Below are positions 21,566 through 24,000 of a stretch of DNA of 24,000 nt, in pieces. Within the stretch, counting starts at the first letter, position 1, and each line of letters begins with the position of its first letter. The stretch is taken from NCBI GenBank assembly GCA_032586195.1, contig JAWHQP010000006.1, positions 93,554 to 117,553 of the forward strand, in the 5' to 3' direction. The notes beneath the pieces were generated by a model. It saw nothing but the letters and a program-made list of their open reading frames with translations. It did no database searches and was not told where the DNA came from. Position numbers and translations under genes: made by a program. This stretch comes from Pasteurellaceae bacterium LIM206. GTDB lineage: Bacteria > Pseudomonadota > Gammaproteobacteria > Enterobacterales > Pasteurellaceae.

Positions 21566-22231
21566 ATGACTATCAAAGCCGTAATTTTTGATATGGACGG
21601 GGTTTTGATCGATTCGGAACCCTTATGGAAACAGGCAGGTATTGATATTTTTAACCAAGCGGGCATTCCCGTCACCTACGAAGATATGCTGGCGTTAACC
21701 GGCGTTTCTTCTGTCGGTATCGTGGAGGCCTTATATAAAAAATATCAAGTCAACCCAATCCCTATGAGCGTGAATGATATGGCAAAACAATTAGATGATC
21801 ATGCCATTTCTCTGATTTTAGAAAAAAAACCACTGATTGCCGGCGTGAAAAAAACTCTCGAAAATCTCACCGCACTTGGCTATAAAATGGCTGTCGCTTC
21901 AGCCTCACCACGAAAATTACTGGAAGAAATCACTCGGCTCTGCGGTATCGCTCATTACTTTTCTTATCTTTCTTCCGCCACAGAATTAAGCCACAACAAA
22001 CCCCACCCCGAGGTTTATCTGCACGCAGCGGAAATGCTCGGCGTTAAACCGAACGAATGTATCGGTATTGAAGATTCCGTTATCGGCATGATAGCGGTTA
22101 AGGCCGCTTCAATGAAATGTATTGTGATTCCCGGCATTTTAGACAGCAACGATCCACGCTGGACGCTTGCGGACATCAAACTGAACTCACTATTGGAAAT
22201 TAATGAAACGCTTTTAAATCAATTAAATTAA
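21566..22231 (+). CDS. yniC: HAD-superfamily sugar-phosphate phosphatase (YniC/HxpB-like)
   Basis: 221 aa. HAD motif I (IFDMDGVLIDSEPLW). The C-terminal region DPRWTLADIKLNSLLEI matches E. coli YniC (DPRFVLADVKLSSLTEL). Its ATG directly abuts the yniA stop (TAAATG). Confidence 0.88.
   Translation: MTIKAVIFDMDGVLIDSEPLWKQAGIDIFNQAGIPVTYEDMLALTGVSSVGIVEALYKKYQVNPIPMSVNDMAKQLDDHAISLILEKKPLIAGVKKTLENLTALGYKMAVASASPRKLLEEITRLCGIAHYFSYLSSATELSHNKPHPEVYLHAAEMLGVKPNECIGIEDSVIGMIAVKAASMKCIVIPGILDSNDPRWTLADIKLNSLLEINETLLNQLN
21869..21877 (-). repeat. USS core inside yniC
   Basis: Exact ACCGCACTT on the plus strand. Confidence 0.8.
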
Positions 22232-22263
22232 CTTCTTGCTTCGCTGAAAAAGTGACAGTAAAA

Positions 22264-22287
22264 AAGGCTAGATAACCTAGCCTTTTT
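22264..22287. terminator. Bidirectional terminator between convergent yniC and the lipoprotein gene
   Basis: AAGGCTAG-ATAAC-CTAGCCTT, an 8-bp perfect stem flanked by an A-run on the left and a T-run on the right. Confidence 0.8.
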
Positions 22288-22303
22288 CATCAATTATTAT
22301 TCA

Positions 22304-23128
22304 TTATTTTTGATATAACGGAACCGGACCTGTAGTACCGCTTTTTTGTTCACCGTCGGCGGACTGTTTTAATACCGTGCCGGAAGCGCTAATTTCAACA
22401 CGACGGTTCGGATGTAAACAATCTTTTAATTCTTTACCGTACGGAACGCCGTCACAAGCTTTCACTTGTTGCGCCTTGCCATAACCTACGGCATTAATAT
22501 TCGCGGTTACGCCTTGTTGGATTAAACGGGATTTCACCATGTCAGCACGACGTTGTGACAGATTTAAGTTATATTCAACCGAACCTAAGCGATCTGTGAA
22601 GCCTGCCACTTTAACTTCTTTAGCACCGGATTTTTTCAATTGTTCCGCTATACTATCAACAACTTCTTTACCTTTCGTCGTTAAGGTCGCTTTGTCAAAG
22701 TCGAATAAGAAGTCACCGCTTAAGTTGAATGATGAGTTACCATTACAACCATTCGGATACCAAAAGAAACTTTGCGCGTTCATGTTCTTATCAAATAAAA
22801 TTTTATATTGACAAATTTTATGTACGCCGTTTTCACGGTAGTTGAATGCGTAATCCCATTCACGCACACCATATAAACCTTCGCTAAAATGCGGGCGGCC
22901 TAATAAATTATAGATTTGATCTTTATTCATACCGCGTTCAATCATACGCACATTATCCCAATTCGGCCATGAACCAAATTGGCTGCCGTCATGATTGAAT
23001 ACGGATTCATCAATCTTAGGCCATACTAGATGATCGGAAGTCCCTTCATCGGTTACTTTGCTTAAGTTCCCACAAGCTGCAAGCGTAACGGCAGCGGCTG
23101 CGGATAATAATAGATGTGATAATTTCAT
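22304..23128 (-). CDS. Outer-membrane lipoprotein with BamE/SmpA-OmlA-like domain fused to an OmpA C-terminal peptidoglycan-binding domain
   Basis: 274 aa. Lipobox LAAC with Cys19. BamE-like segment (GMNKDQIYNLLGRPHF). OmpA_C motifs (FDFDKATL, GFTDRLGS.EYN..LSQRRA, C....DCL.PNRRVEI). Confidence 0.88.
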   Translation of the reverse strand: MKLSHLLLSAAAAVTLAACGNLSKVTDEGTSDHLVWPKIDESVFNHDGSQFGSWPNWDNVRMIERGMNKDQIYNLLGRPHFSEGLYGVREWDYAFNYRENGVHKICQYKILFDKNMNAQSFFWYPNGCNGNSSFNLSGDFLFDFDKATLTTKGKEVVDSIAEQLKKSGAKEVKVAGFTDRLGSVEYNLNLSQRRADMVKSRLIQQGVTANINAVGYGKAQQVKACDGVPYGKELKDCLHPNRRVEISASGTVLKQSADGEQKSGTTGPVPLYQK

Positions 23129-23368
23129 TTAATTTACCTTATCGTACTTTTATATTGGCAATACTTAAATAAGTGTTGCGGCTAAACTTTAAGAAAGAAA
23201 TTAGCGTTTTTAATCGTTTTGGGTATGTAACGAAAGCTAAGCATATTTTATGCCTGCTAATACTAATCGGAAACAATTATAAAGTAAACGATTAATCATA
23301 TTTTAGCCGTAAAAACCACTTATATATAAGTAAGTTATGTAAAGAACTGTAAATCCATGCAAAGCAGA

Positions 23369-24000
23369 TTAAATTAACGTGCGAAAATCCCGCTTTAACC
23401 ATTTTAACGCCAGATTATCCGCACTCTCTTCCATTTGTTTACCGAATTTTTGCATTAAGGATTTTTTCAGATTGTATTTTACTTCCACAACAGATTTTTC
23501 TTTAATCGCCGCCAGAATTAAATCATCGCTGGTCGCAATTTCATCTACTAAATTTAATTCTAATGCCTGTTGACCGAACCAATGTTCTCCTGTGGCAATC
23601 CGTTCAATATCCACCTGCGGGCGATTATTTGATACGAAAGACTTAAATAACGCGTGAGTTTCTTCCAATTCCTGCTGGAATTTTTGTTTTCCTTTTTCCG
23701 TATTTTCACCCAGCACGGTTACCGTGCGTTTATATTCGCCGGCAGTCATCACATCCACATCAACATCATGTTTTTTTAATAAACGGTGGATATTGGGTAT
23801 CTGAGCCACTACCCCGACGGAACCGATAATAGCAAAAGGCGCCGACACAATTTTATCCGCCACACAAGCCATCATATAACCGCCGCTGGCGGCCACTTTA
23901 TCCACCGCTACGGTTAACTTAATGCCCTTTTGTTTTAACCGGGCCAGCTGTGATGCTGCCAAGCCGTAACCATGTACAACCCCGCCGGGACTTTCTAATC
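23369..24000 (-). CDS. sohB: S49-family periplasmic serine peptidase SohB, C-terminal part (5' end beyond window)
   Basis: The frame stays open to base 24000 (...LESPGGVVHGYGLAASQL...). It has S49/SppA-type motifs (SPGG, AASGGYMMACVADKI.SAPFAI.GSVGV). The listed start at 23962 is an internal TTG Leu codon. Confidence 0.88.
   Translation of the reverse strand, partial: LESPGGVVHGYGLAASQLARLKQKGIKLTVAVDKVAASGGYMMACVADKIVSAPFAIIGSVGVVAQIPNIHRLLKKHDVDVDVMTAGEYKRTVTVLGENTEKGKQKFQQELEETHALFKSFVSNNRPQVDIERIATGEHWFGQQALELNLVDEIATSDDLILAAIKEKSVVEVKYNLKKSLMQKFGKQMEESADNLALKWLKRDFRTLI

Noticed and set aside
23318-23331. Perfect 14-bp AT-only palindrome ACTTATATATAAGT downstream of sohB
   Set aside because: It could act as a weak sohB terminator (followed by GGUUUUU on the minus RNA), but the stem is all A-U and such palindromes are common in AT-rich spacers, so I did not call it.

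Overview
This 24-kb chromosomal window comes from a Pasteurellaceae-type gammaproteobacterium. It carries nine perfect Hin-type uptake signal sequence (USS) cores (AAGTGCGGT), and its proteins are collinear by eye with Haemophilus/Actinobacillus/Mannheimia and E. coli orthologues. Almost all of it is core housekeeping: the 3' part of a TonB-dependent receptor, yedE-yedF (a putative Se/S carrier pair), purF-cvpA with a PurR box, yfbV, ackA-pta, rplT-rpmI-infC, thrS, grxB, yniA-yniC, a BamE/OmpA-domain lipoprotein, and the 3' part of sohB. Two pieces look accessory. (i) lacY-lacZ plus a divergent LacI-family regulator sits inside the divergent yfbV/ackA gap, with a perfect CRP site bracketed by two palindromic operators 63 bp apart. 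(ii) An orphan periplasmic substrate-binding protein gene lies on the opposite strand between thrS and infC. The most interesting non-coding signals are as follows. The thrS leader has two tRNA-Thr anticodon-arm mimics, one built on a USS inverted repeat and overlapping a terminator-like hairpin. infC has no ATG/GTG start (ATA or TTG). A terminator-like hairpin sits between ackA and pta. A candidate yfbV promoter is embedded in the lacZ 3' end. I see no CRISPR, phage-defence, toxin-antitoxin, integrase/transposase or other mobile-element genes. Every long ORF belongs to a well-known family, so I find no convincing candidate for a novel multi-gene system here. All similarity statements are by-eye comparisons from memory, not database searches.
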